Shown in pieces: positions 39,858 to 48,888 of a stretch of DNA of 64,000 nucleotides; position 1 is the first letter of the stretch; each line of letters begins with the position of its first letter. This DNA comes from Candidatus Methanoperedens sp. (GTDB lineage Bacteria; Patescibacteriota; Microgenomatia; UBA12405). The DNA lies in the NCBI GenBank assembly GCA_035562735.1, contig DATMWB010000003.1, positions 44,232 through 108,231 of the forward strand. Direction: 5' to 3'. The position numbers and the translations under genes are program-made. Below the pieces are notes generated by a model, which ran no database searches, had not been told where the DNA came from, and saw only the letters and a list, made by a program, of their open reading frames with translations.

Positions 39858-40535
39858 ATGAGCGACAATCGTTCTTTGACAATCGAAGGTGGGTCGACCG
39901 TGACCATCAGTTTCAAGACTGATCCCGCCAATGATTGGCAGCTAACGCTGCAAAACGTTCGGGAAGAGGAAGGCGGAATTTTCGCCGACAATTTTCTTCT
40001 TGCCCGGAAAAACGGTCAACATTTCTTTGCCAAACTCGTAAAAGTTTTGGGGATCAAAGCCGACGGATCAGAATTTCCGTACTGGCTTCCCAGGATTTTT
40101 GACATCGGGAATGGCTACAAATGTGGAGATGTCGTAATTCAGTTTCGCAAACACCCCCAGTCGAAACGCTGGATGGTTGATGTGGAATCAGAATACGGCA
40201 GCAAGTCTCCCGATCTCCTAGAAAAGGTTATCCGAATCAGTCGTTCTTCGCTTGACAATATCAAGCAGGCTGTTAAGAAAACCGTCAAGGAAACCGGACA
40301 AGACTGGCTCAACTCTCAGCGTATTGGTGGAGACAAAGTTTCCATGCATTGCGTTGACGCAGGTTGGTCACCACAGCTTTTTGCTCAGGGCAAGGTAATG
40401 GATGTTTTCGACTTCGTTGCAAATTCCCATGATGGTCCCGGGAAAATCGCACTAGTTGAAGCACTTCAACACCTTCCCACCCCCATCGCCAAGCAAGTCG
40501 CGATGTGTATCATTGTTCCTCCAACCGAGGAATAA
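39858..40535 (+). CDS. hypothetical protein, possibly a distant NDP-hexose 2,3-dehydratase/Nudix-like fold
   Basis: SD 6 nt before the ATG; GQHFF..V.V...W.P.I...G.VV...E.G...S..N pattern loosely resembles that family. Confidence 0.6.
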   Translation: MSDNRSLTIEGGSTVTISFKTDPANDWQLTLQNVREEEGGIFADNFLLARKNGQHFFAKLVKVLGIKADGSEFPYWLPRIFDIGNGYKCGDVVIQFRKHPQSKRWMVDVESEYGSKSPDLLEKVIRISRSSLDNIKQAVKKTVKETGQDWLNSQRIGGDKVSMHCVDAGWSPQLFAQGKVMDVFDFVANSHDGPGKIALVEALQHLPTPIAKQVAMCIIVPPTEE

Positions 40536-40630
40536 AAAACTAGCCAGATGCTAGAACAAGCATGCCGACACCCCATGTGTTGACGTTTTAAGCTGACGTC
40601 TCCTACGTTCGGTCGAAGCACAATTTTTTA

Positions 40631-40690
40631 TGTGTCCTCTTCTCTGATTTCAGACTTCGGTCTGTTTAAAAAATCAGGGAAGGGGACACA
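40631..40690 (+). other. long 3' hairpin with cUUCGg loop
   Basis: 20-bp stem with two G-U pairs on + strand enclosing CAGAC-TTCG-GTCTG. Confidence 0.65.
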
Positions 40691-40698
40691 GTTATATT

Positions 40699-41916
40699 TC
40701 AAATTCTCTTCCCCACTCTCTCTCCCTCTCTCACAGCATAATTAATACCCCTGTCTTCCGGATATATTTGTGCAAAGTTAACATGAATAACTTTATTTTC
40801 TACATTAGTTTTTCTCTCCGTCTTGTCATTATAATTTTTGGTAACTATATGTTGTGCATATTTAAATCTAAAAACATGTTTTTCAATAAGTCCTTTTTCA
40901 CTAAATTCAGGAAAAATTTTCTTTAAATAGTCAAAAAAATCTTTTTCAATTAAAGAGTCTTTGCATGTAAAATATTTGTGATTTTGGGGCAAATAAGTCC
41001 CCATATAATAAATATTTTTTCCGCCATAATTCTCTGTCCCCATTAGGTTTGTATGTTGAATAAAGGCCAAAAAAGGGGAGTTGATATCATTGATATTATG
41101 CCAATAATAAGGACTTAAACTCTGTTTTGAAGAAAAAACCATCGTCACCGCTCCCAAATAATCAATACCATCTAATGGCGCCGAGCTAATAATTCTATCG
41201 AATCCGTCATCGCGAGTGTAATCACGAAGCAATCTTTCTGGATTGGTCTCAATATTCGTCTTTATCTCTCCTCCCAACTCTTTTATTCTTTTTTCCAATT
41301 CATCAATAATTATTTGAAATCCTCCTTCCATATAACCTAGATACTCTTTCCCCCTTTCACTCGAATTACCTCTTGTATGAATTCTTGCCCACATCCATGC
41401 CATTGAAATATCTTGATATCTATCGTTAAATTTACCTTTTAATAGTGGCTCCCAGACTACTTTATAAGCATTTTCCCCACACCATTTTCTCATCCACTCA
41501 TAAGCCAAAACATCTTCAAATTTCTTCCAATTCTTTTCTCTTTCTAGATAGATTTTAACTAGTCCCAATCTCAACTTATCAAATAAATTTAGAGGTTTAA
41601 ATTTTAATAAATCTATTACCCCTGCAAACGGATATATAGTTCCACTGTAATATAGAGCAGTTTTACTCTCAAACCATTTTAACTTATTTTCCAAACCCAA
41701 CTCCTTGATCAAAGCAATTATTTCTTTGTCAGTTTTAAAAATGTGATGATAAGCTTTCTCTAAATTCGTCCCTTCAATTTTAAATCCCCCCAACAATCCA
41801 CCCAAACTATCACTTCTCTCAAAAATTATTACCTTATGACCCTTTTGAAGCATTCTGTATCCCACCACCAAACCTGTTATTCCTCCGCCGATTATTGCAA
41901 TTTTTTGTTTTTTCAC
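40699..41916 (-). CDS. NAD(P)/FAD-dependent oxidoreductase (protoporphyrinogen oxidase-like family)
   Basis: IIGGGITGL...FE....GGL, LEKAYHH, GGFQ, QIYPEDRGINYAV; likely start GTG 41916 after TATAAT. Confidence 0.88.
   Translation of the reverse strand: MKKQKIAIIGGGITGLVVGYRMLQKGHKVIIFERSDSLGGLLGGFKIEGTNLEKAYHHIFKTDKEIIALIKELGLENKLKWFESKTALYYSGTIYPFAGVIDLLKFKPLNLFDKLRLGLVKIYLEREKNWKKFEDVLAYEWMRKWCGENAYKVVWEPLLKGKFNDRYQDISMAWMWARIHTRGNSSERGKEYLGYMEGGFQIIIDELEKRIKELGGEIKTNIETNPERLLRDYTRDDGFDRIISSAPLDGIDYLGAVTMVFSSKQSLSPYYWHNINDINSPFLAFIQHTNLMGTENYGGKNIYYMGTYLPQNHKYFTCKDSLIEKDFFDYLKKIFPEFSEKGLIEKHVFRFKYAQHIVTKNYNDKTERKTNVENKVIHVNFAQIYPEDRGINYAVREGERVGKRI
41205..41235 (+). repeat. CGTC-type REP-like element in-frame (antisense) in the oxidoreductase gene
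   Basis: CGTCATCGCGAG-TGTAATCA-CGAAGCAATCT, read as RLLRDYTRDD on the - strand. Confidence 0.8.
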
Positions 41917-41965
41917 TTCCAAATTATATCTCAATCAGCTTATAACGGGTGTTAGAATTAAAAAT

Positions 41966-42214
41966 ATGGAAAATAAACAAAATAAAAAGAATTTTTTAGC
42001 CTTGGGTCGAACTCATATGGCTAATGAAAGAACTATGTTATCTTATTGGCGCACCGCTCTAACATTTTTAGTTCTTGGCGCCTATCTAATCAGACAAACT
42101 CCCGCCGAAGAATTTATATTACCCGCCACAATTGCTATTTTATTTGGTGTTGTACTCTTTATTTTTGGAACAGTTAAGTTCTATCAATTTAAAAAAATTA
42201 TCAACAACAGTTAG
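41966..42214 (+). CDS. DUF202 small membrane protein
   Basis: LA..RT.MANERT.LSYWRT plus two TMs. Confidence 0.88.
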   Translation: MENKQNKKNFLALGRTHMANERTMLSYWRTALTFLVLGAYLIRQTPAEEFILPATIAILFGVVLFIFGTVKFYQFKKIINNS

Positions 42215-42265
42215 CTTTGGAAAATCCTACCCAAACAAGATTTTTCGTGATATCATAATCAAGTC

Positions 42266-42293
42266 AAAAAAAGCGGGTGTCTTGCCCGTTTTT
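42266..42293 (+). terminator. terminator-like hairpin between the DUF202 gene and fusA
   Basis: AAAAAAGCGGGTG-TCT-TGCCCGTTTTT. Confidence 0.6.
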
Positions 42294-42341
42294 ATTTTTT
42301 TACTATTTATCTATTAGTCTATTCAACTAATTATCTAAAAA

Positions 42342-44453
42342 ATGGCCGACGCAATTCAAGTCACTAAAAACCGTGTAGTTACCATGGATAAAGTCCGAAA
42401 CATCGGTATTATCGCTCATATCGATGGTGGAAAAACTACCACCACTGAACGTCTTCTTTTTTATACTGGAAAAATTCACAAAATTGGTTCTGTTGATGAA
42501 GGTACTACCACAACTGATTCAATGGTCCAAGAAAAGGAGAGGGGAATTACCATCCAATCCGCCTGTATTACCACCTTTTTTAAGAATTATCGTATCAATA
42601 TTATTGATACTCCAGGGCATGTTGATTTTACCGCTGAAGTTGAACGTTCACTTCGTGTCTTAGATGGTGCCATCATGATTTTTGACGGAAATGCCGGTGT
42701 TCAAGCCCAATCTGAAACTGTGTGGCGACAAGCCGACAAGTATCAAGTTCCTCGCCTCGCCTTTGTCAACAAAATGGACAAGGTTGGAGCATCCTTCCAA
42801 GGAACTCTTGATTCTATTACTCAAAAATTACGTTGTCCTATCGTTCCAGTTGTCTTACCTATTGGTGAAGAGCATGACTTTATGGGTGTTATTGATCTCA
42901 TGGAAATGAAGATGATTGTTTATGATAAGGATGAAGAAGGTATGGAATTTACCACCAAAGATGTTACTCCAGAATTTATAGAAGCTGCCACCAAAGCCCG
43001 CGCTGCCATGGTCGAAAAAATTGCCGGTGAAGACGAAACGCTCATGGAAAAATTCCTCAATGATGAGGAGATTTCGGTTCCAGAGCTTAAAGCTGTCCTA
43101 AGAAAAGCCACTATTGATAGAAAATTATTCCCCGTCTTTTGTGGTGCTGCTTGGAGAAACAAGGGTATTCATCCTATTCTAGACGCTATCGTTGACTACT
43201 TACCTTCTCCAATTGATTTACCTCCAACAATAGGATTTGACGTTACTACTGGCGATAAAATTTCTCGTAAACCAGAAAACAAAGAACCTTTTTCCGGACT
43301 TTTATTTAAAGTTCAATCAGATCCACATGTTGGTACCTTGTCCTATGTCCGTATTTACTCAGGTTCCATAAAAACTGGTCAAGAAGTTTACAATGCTACC
43401 AAGCAAAAAAGCGAAAGAATCGGTCGTTTACTCCTAATGCACGCTGATAAGCGTGAAGGTATAGAAGAAGGTTATGCAGGTGAAATTATTGCCTGTATTG
43501 GTTTAAAAGAATCAATAACTGGAGACACCTTGTGCGATAAATCAGCCCCAATCTCTCTTTCTCCAATCCAGTTTTCCGAACCGGTTATTTCCCTTTCTAT
43601 TGAGCCAGAAACTGCCGATGATCAGGAAAAAATGGGCGCAGCCCTCAATCGTTTAACCTCAGAAGATCCCACCTTTAGAGTTTCATACAACCATGAAACT
43701 GGCCAAACAATTATTGCTGGTATGGGTGAACTATACCTCGAAATTATTGTTGATCGTTTAAAGCGCGAATTTGGAGTTGCCGTTAAAACAGGCGCCCCAC
43801 AGGTTGCTTATCGTGAAACAATTTCTCAAAATGCCGAAGGTGAAGGTAAATATATCCACCAATCCGGTGGTCATGGTCAGTATGGTCATTGTAAAGTCCG
43901 TGTTGAACCCAAGAATCGCGGTGAAGGTATTGAGTTTGTCAATGCTATCAAGGGTGGTGTTATTCCTGCCAACTTTATTCCCGCTATTGAAAAAGGTGTT
44001 CGTGAAACTCTCCAAAAAGGTATTATTGCTGGTTACCCATGTACTGACATTAAAGTTTCAGTTTACGACGGTTCTTACCACGAAGTTGATTCTTCAGAAA
44101 TGTCATTCAAATTGGCCGGTGCTTACGCCATCAAAGATGCTTTTGGACTAGCTAGACCTCTCATCCTCGAACCTATCATGAAGTTTGAAGTTGCTACTCC
44201 TTCCGAATTTTTAGGAACAGTAATTGGTGACCTTTCTTCCAGACGCGGTCAAATTGCTGGTACCACTGAGGCTTTTGGTTTTAGTACCATCGAAGCCACC
44301 ATTCCTCTAGAGGCTGTTCGTGGTTACGCCACCGTTATCCGCTCTCTAACTCAAGGACGCGGTTCATTCTATATGGAACCAAGCCACTACGACCCAGTTC
44401 CTCGTGATATTCAGGAAAAACTAACCATCAAGACTACTGATAAAAAAGAATAA
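42342..44453 (+). CDS. fusA: elongation factor G
   Basis: RNIGIIAHIDGGKTT, ERGITI, DTPGHVDF, NKMD, QSGG.GQYG, YDGSYHEVDSSE. Confidence 0.98.
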   Translation: MADAIQVTKNRVVTMDKVRNIGIIAHIDGGKTTTTERLLFYTGKIHKIGSVDEGTTTTDSMVQEKERGITIQSACITTFFKNYRINIIDTPGHVDFTAEVERSLRVLDGAIMIFDGNAGVQAQSETVWRQADKYQVPRLAFVNKMDKVGASFQGTLDSITQKLRCPIVPVVLPIGEEHDFMGVIDLMEMKMIVYDKDEEGMEFTTKDVTPEFIEAATKARAAMVEKIAGEDETLMEKFLNDEEISVPELKAVLRKATIDRKLFPVFCGAAWRNKGIHPILDAIVDYLPSPIDLPPTIGFDVTTGDKISRKPENKEPFSGLLFKVQSDPHVGTLSYVRIYSGSIKTGQEVYNATKQKSERIGRLLLMHADKREGIEEGYAGEIIACIGLKESITGDTLCDKSAPISLSPIQFSEPVISLSIEPETADDQEKMGAALNRLTSEDPTFRVSYNHETGQTIIAGMGELYLEIIVDRLKREFGVAVKTGAPQVAYRETISQNAEGEGKYIHQSGGHGQYGHCKVRVEPKNRGEGIEFVNAIKGGVIPANFIPAIEKGVRETLQKGIIAGYPCTDIKVSVYDGSYHEVDSSEMSFKLAGAYAIKDAFGLARPLILEPIMKFEVATPSEFLGTVIGDLSSRRGQIAGTTEAFGFSTIEATIPLEAVRGYATVIRSLTQGRGSFYMEPSHYDPVPRDIQEKLTIKTTDKKE

Positions 44454-44496
44454 AGTTTATCGCGAGCAAATCGAATGGTTATTGCATTCAATAACT

Positions 44497-44524
44497 CGTC
44501 ATTGCGAGCGAAGCGAAGCAATCT
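44497..44524 (+). repeat. CGTC-type REP-like element
   Basis: CGTCATTGCGAGCGAAGCGAAGCAATCT, identical to the copy in alaS. Confidence 0.9.
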
Positions 44525-44534
44525 ATAAAAATCT

Positions 44535-44558
44535 AAACCCGCCGAAGAGGCGGGTTTT
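44535..44558 (+). terminator. intrinsic terminator after fusA
   Basis: AAACCCGCC-GAAGA-GGCGGGTTTT. Confidence 0.85.
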
Positions 44559-44622
44559 CATTGACAACCTATAAAATTTGTAATAGATTTATGTCAGTTA
44601 ATATTTAAAATTACAAAAAAAT

Positions 44623-45618
44623 ATGCCAGGATTTTTCGATAGATTAAAACCCCAACCAAAAAATATAGCTCCAGCTTCCGAACCAGTTATTTCCACCCCA
44701 GTTGAAGTTACAAAACCTGTTGAAGTAACTCCTCCAGTAGAACCAGATTTCAAAAACAGTCAAATAGGTACTCCATTTGAAACCCCTATTGCCTTTGCTC
44801 AAAGATATTATGAAGCTGTGAAGACAACTGGTGAATTAACTCCAGAAATGCAAACAAAAATGGCCGCCTTTACCGAAGTATCAGGTATTCTGGCTGACGG
44901 TTGGCGATCAGAACAGGAAGAAAATGCTACTCTCGAAAAATCAAAAAGACCATCAGAAAAATTAAAAGATGCTCTAAAGGCTGGTATAAGACCAAATGGT
45001 TCATATTCGGTTGATACTGCAGGAAGAGAAATCGATTGGGCTTTCCAGACTATTGTTGGTGGCGCTGAAACCAAGCTAAGTCAGGAAAAAATAGTCTCTG
45101 ACAAATCTCCAGAAGATATTGTCGCCGATTTATTTAACAGCGGTGGTCTTATCAGAAGAATCGATATGGGTAATCTAATGAGAGGTTATGCAGGAGCTTT
45201 AGAGGAACAATCTCGCGATGGTGGTTTTTTAAGGACAGAACAAATTGCTATGTGGAAATCACTTGGTGTCATTCCAGCTGAAGCTCCGAATGGTGGATCT
45301 TTTCCACTAGGTCAGGAAAATGCCTATCTAATTAGACTCTTAAAAAGAGATGGACAGACAACCGAGACGGAAGTTAAAACTGAAGATGGTCAAGCCCTAA
45401 TAGAATACAAAAGACCAACTAAAGTTGAAGGAGTCTCCGCTGTCATTAGTATAAGAAAAGATTTACTAGATAGTCATCAAAGAGTCTCGAATCCAGACGG
45501 CTACCAAATGGTAAATGGATTTCGCCTCGAATTAAGCCCCGAATTTTATACAGGGACATTAGGTATTAAACCTACGGAGGGGGTATCTGTGACACCAACA
45601 GAAAAACCAACCGAGTAA
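44623..45618 (+). CDS. hypothetical protein between fusA and tuf
   Basis: 331 aa ORF with Pro/Glu/Thr-rich ends; TTGACA at 44561 upstream. Confidence 0.8.
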   Translation: MPGFFDRLKPQPKNIAPASEPVISTPVEVTKPVEVTPPVEPDFKNSQIGTPFETPIAFAQRYYEAVKTTGELTPEMQTKMAAFTEVSGILADGWRSEQEENATLEKSKRPSEKLKDALKAGIRPNGSYSVDTAGREIDWAFQTIVGGAETKLSQEKIVSDKSPEDIVADLFNSGGLIRRIDMGNLMRGYAGALEEQSRDGGFLRTEQIAMWKSLGVIPAEAPNGGSFPLGQENAYLIRLLKRDGQTTETEVKTEDGQALIEYKRPTKVEGVSAVISIRKDLLDSHQRVSNPDGYQMVNGFRLELSPEFYTGTLGIKPTEGVSVTPTEKPTE

Positions 45619-45637
45619 AATCTCTATCTTTAACTCT

Positions 45638-45661
45638 AACCCCGCCATTCGGCGGGGTTTT
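45638..45661 (+). terminator. intrinsic terminator
   Basis: AACCCCGCC-ATTC-GGCGGGGTTTT. Confidence 0.85.
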
Positions 45662-45844
45662 CATTGACCTGATTTTGTGCTATTATCCATAAATTCAGCG
45701 AATAACCTTTTAGTCTTGTTTTTACCTCCACTTCCATCTTGCGAAGCTGGTGTCTTACTGATACAATTCTAAAGTATTTTTCGCTACAATTAATTGTTAT
45801 TAATTTTCCGCGACAAGCGGATTTTTTAAAAAAAACAAAAACAT

Positions 45845-47017
45845 ATGGCTGACACCTATCAAAGAACTAAACCCCATGTTAATGTTGGTACTATTGGTCA
45901 TGTCGATCATGGTAAAACAACCTTAACTGCGGCTATTACCAAAATTCAAGGAAATGCAAAATCTTACGCCGATATCGCCAAGGGTGGTACCGTTCGTGAT
46001 GCTAACAAAATTGTTACTATTGCTATTTCCCACGTCGAATACGAATCTGAAGCTCGTCATTATGCTCATATCGACTGTCCAGGGCACGCTGACTACGTCA
46101 AAAACATGATTACCGGTGCCGCTCAAATGGACGGTGCTATTCTCGTTGTTTCTGCTCCAGATGGTCCAATGCCTCAAACTCGTGAGCACGTACTTTTAGC
46201 CAAACAAGTTAATGTTCCTTCCTTAGTCGTCTTCTTAAACAAAGTCGATCTCGTCACTGATCCAGAATTCTTGGATCTTGTCGAAATGGAAATCAGAGAT
46301 CTTTTAACTAAGTACGGCTATCCAGGTGATACTACCCCAATTGTCCGTGGTTCAGCTCTAAAAGCTCTCAATGGTGAAGCTGATGGTATCGAATCTATCA
46401 AGAAATTGATGGAAGCTCTCGATTCTTTCATTCCTGAACCTGTCCGTGAACTCGATAAGCCTTTCTTAATGCCTATCGAAGACGTCTTCTCTATCAAAGG
46501 TCGTGGCACTGTTGCTACCGGTAGAATCGAACGCGGTATTGTTAAAGTCAACGATGAAGTTGAAATCGTCGGTCTACGTGATACTAGAAAAGCTATCGTT
46601 ACTGGTGTGGAAATGTTCCACAAATCTCTTGACCAAGGTCAAGCAGGTGACAATGTCGGTTTACTCTTAAGAGGTATTGAAAAAGATGATATCGAACGTG
46701 GACAAGTCATGTCCAAAGTCGGTACCATTACTCCTCACACCGAATTCAAAGCTGAAGTACTTTTACTTAAAAAAGAAGAAGGTGGACGTCACACTCCAAT
46801 CTTTGCTGGTTACCGACCTCAAGTCTTCATCAGAACAACTGATGTCACCGGTGAAGTAACCCTTCCTGAAGGTGTTGAAATGGTTATGCCAGGTGATAAC
46901 GCCAATGTTACCGTTAAATTAATCAAACCAGTTGCTATGGAAAATGGTTTCCGCTTCGCTATTCGTGAAGGTGGATTGACCGTTGGTGCTGGTGCTATTA
47001 CCGGAATCATTAAATAA
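45845..47017 (+). CDS. tuf: elongation factor Tu
   Basis: [52 protein letters not shown]. Confidence 0.99.
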   Translation: MADTYQRTKPHVNVGTIGHVDHGKTTLTAAITKIQGNAKSYADIAKGGTVRDANKIVTIAISHVEYESEARHYAHIDCPGHADYVKNMITGAAQMDGAILVVSAPDGPMPQTREHVLLAKQVNVPSLVVFLNKVDLVTDPEFLDLVEMEIRDLLTKYGYPGDTTPIVRGSALKALNGEADGIESIKKLMEALDSFIPEPVRELDKPFLMPIEDVFSIKGRGTVATGRIERGIVKVNDEVEIVGLRDTRKAIVTGVEMFHKSLDQGQAGDNVGLLLRGIEKDDIERGQVMSKVGTITPHTEFKAEVLLLKKEEGGRHTPIFAGYRPQVFIRTTDVTGEVTLPEGVEMVMPGDNANVTVKLIKPVAMENGFRFAIREGGLTVGAGAITGIIK

Positions 47018-47018
47018 A

Positions 47019-47327
47019 ATGAAAGGCAATCGTATTCGTATTAGACTTAAATCTTTTGACCACCGTCTCATTGACGAGGCGGCGGTCAAGATTGTGGAAG
47101 CTGCAGTTACTGCTGGTGCCACAGTTCAAGGACCCATACCTTTGCCCACTTCTCGCAAACTCATTACAGTTTTAACTAGTCCTCATACCGATAAAAATGC
47201 TCGTGATCATTACGAAGTATTGACTCACAAACGTTTAATCGATATCTTCAGCACTAATCTTCGTACCGTCGATAGCCTCCAGCATCTCGACTTGCCCTCC
47301 GGAGTTGAAGTTGAAGTCAAGATGTAA
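47019..47327 (+). CDS. rpsJ: 30S ribosomal protein S10
   Basis: IRIRLKSFDHRLID, GPIPLPT, SPH, HKRLIDI; ATG 47019. Confidence 0.97.
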   Translation: MKGNRIRIRLKSFDHRLIDEAAVKIVEAAVTAGATVQGPIPLPTSRKLITVLTSPHTDKNARDHYEVLTHKRLIDIFSTNLRTVDSLQHLDLPSGVEVEVKM

Positions 47328-47335
47328 TTACCATT

Positions 47336-47893
47336 ATGATTTCCGGATTTCTTACTCAAAAAAAATTCATGACCAGTATTTTTACCGATGATGGTAAACG
47401 TCTTGCTGTCACTGTTTTGGAAGCAAAACCTCTTACTGTCAATCGATTACGAACCGTTGCCAAAGATGGCTATGATGCTGTTCAAACCAAGTCTCACAAA
47501 AATAAACTAGTTGAATTTCAAGCTGTGTCTGAGACGCCTCTTGAAGTAAAGACCGAAATTACCGCCGATTTAGTTTTCTCTCCAGGCGATCAAGTATCCG
47601 CTACTAGCAAATCAAAAGGTCGAGGTTTTGCTGGTGTTATCAAGCGTTGGGGATTCCGTCGTCAGCCAGTCACTGGTGGTCAATCTGATAGAGTCCGAGC
47701 TCCAGGTTCAATCGGTGCTCAAACTCCAGGTAAAGTAGTCCGAGGTAAAAAAATGCCAGGACATTATGGTAATGCTACAGCTACCGTTACTCATTTGAAA
47801 ATTGTCAAATTCGACAAAGAGCAATCTTTGCTTTATGTTGCTGGCGCTGTTCCAGGTCATGTCAATTCTTGGGTGATAATTTCAAAATCATAA
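47336..47893 (+). CDS. rplC: 50S ribosomal protein L3 (short)
   Basis: DGYDAVQ, SKGRGFAGVIKRW, RAPGSIG, GKKMPGHYG. Confidence 0.96.
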   Translation: MISGFLTQKKFMTSIFTDDGKRLAVTVLEAKPLTVNRLRTVAKDGYDAVQTKSHKNKLVEFQAVSETPLEVKTEITADLVFSPGDQVSATSKSKGRGFAGVIKRWGFRRQPVTGGQSDRVRAPGSIGAQTPGKVVRGKKMPGHYGNATATVTHLKIVKFDKEQSLLYVAGAVPGHVNSWVIISKS

Positions 47894-47897
47894 ACAT

Positions 47898-48599
47898 ATG
47901 GCAAAAACTATTAAAACTCAAAAAACTGTAAAAACAACCAAGACAGTAAAAACTGTTTCCGCTAGCAAAGCCAGTCTTTACAACATAAATGCCGAAAAAA
48001 TCAAGGATATTTCTTTAGACAAGAATATATTTGAATACAAAATTAATGAAAAATTAATTGCTCAGTCTATAAAAATATATCTCCACAACCAACGTGCTGC
48101 TCACGCCATTGCCAAACATCGCGGTGAGGTTGCCGGTACCACCAAAAAAATGTATGCCCAAAAGGGAACAGGAAATGCTCGTCATTCAACCGCCAAGGCT
48201 CCTCAATTTGTTGGTGGAGGTTCAGCTCACGGCCCTCGTGGTGATCAAAAAACACCTCAACATTTTTCCCAAAAATTACGTCAATCTGCTCTAAAGTCAG
48301 TCTTATCAAAATTTGCTTTAAACAAATCCATTTTAGTCATCGAAAAATTATCGACCATTGAACCAAAAACCAAAACCGCTTGGTCTTTTGTTGATAAATT
48401 AGAAAAACAAAACGAATCATTGGCAAATAGCCGTAAAATTGGTATCATAACCAGTCGTAGCTTAGACAACGTCAAACGAGCTTTCGGGAATATTCCTGGA
48501 ATCAAAATTCTTTCAGTTAAATCACTGAATTCCTATGATTTATCAAGACAGAATTATTTGATGTTTACGCTCTCGGCATTAAAACAATTATCAAAATAA
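47898..48599 (+). CDS. rplD: 50S ribosomal protein L4
   Basis: RGEVAG..KK...QKGTGNARH, GGG.AHGP. Confidence 0.96.
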   Translation: MAKTIKTQKTVKTTKTVKTVSASKASLYNINAEKIKDISLDKNIFEYKINEKLIAQSIKIYLHNQRAAHAIAKHRGEVAGTTKKMYAQKGTGNARHSTAKAPQFVGGGSAHGPRGDQKTPQHFSQKLRQSALKSVLSKFALNKSILVIEKLSTIEPKTKTAWSFVDKLEKQNESLANSRKIGIITSRSLDNVKRAFGNIPGIKILSVKSLNSYDLSRQNYLMFTLSALKQLSK

Positions 48600-48600
48600 T

Positions 48601-48888
48601 ATGATTATAAAAAGACCTCTAGTCACCGAAAAATCAATTGCCGCCCAAACAACCGGCAAGTATGGTTTTGTTGTTGACGTCAAAGCTACCAAAAGTCAAG
48701 TTGCTCGTGAATTTGAATCACTTTTTGGTATCAAACCTCTAATGGTCAATATGTTCATTGTTAAGGGTAAAGTTAAAAGTAATTGGAAAACTCGTACCCC
48801 TATCAATCGTCCAAATTTTAAAAAAGCTATTGTTTCTATTGGAAAAGATCAAAAAATTGATATTTTAACTTTGAAAAATGAAAAATAA
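48601..48888 (+). CDS. rplW: 50S ribosomal protein L23
   Basis: PLVTEKS, F.V...ATK, KKAIV; operon position. Confidence 0.93.
   Translation: MIIKRPLVTEKSIAAQTTGKYGFVVDVKATKSQVAREFESLFGIKPLMVNMFIVKGKVKSNWKTRTPINRPNFKKAIVSIGKDQKIDILTLKNEK

Noticed and set aside
45634-45668. Integron attC site around the fusA-tuf orphan
   Set aside because: Lacks proper RYYYAAC/GTTRRRY boxes, is too short, and no integrase is present; fits a terminator
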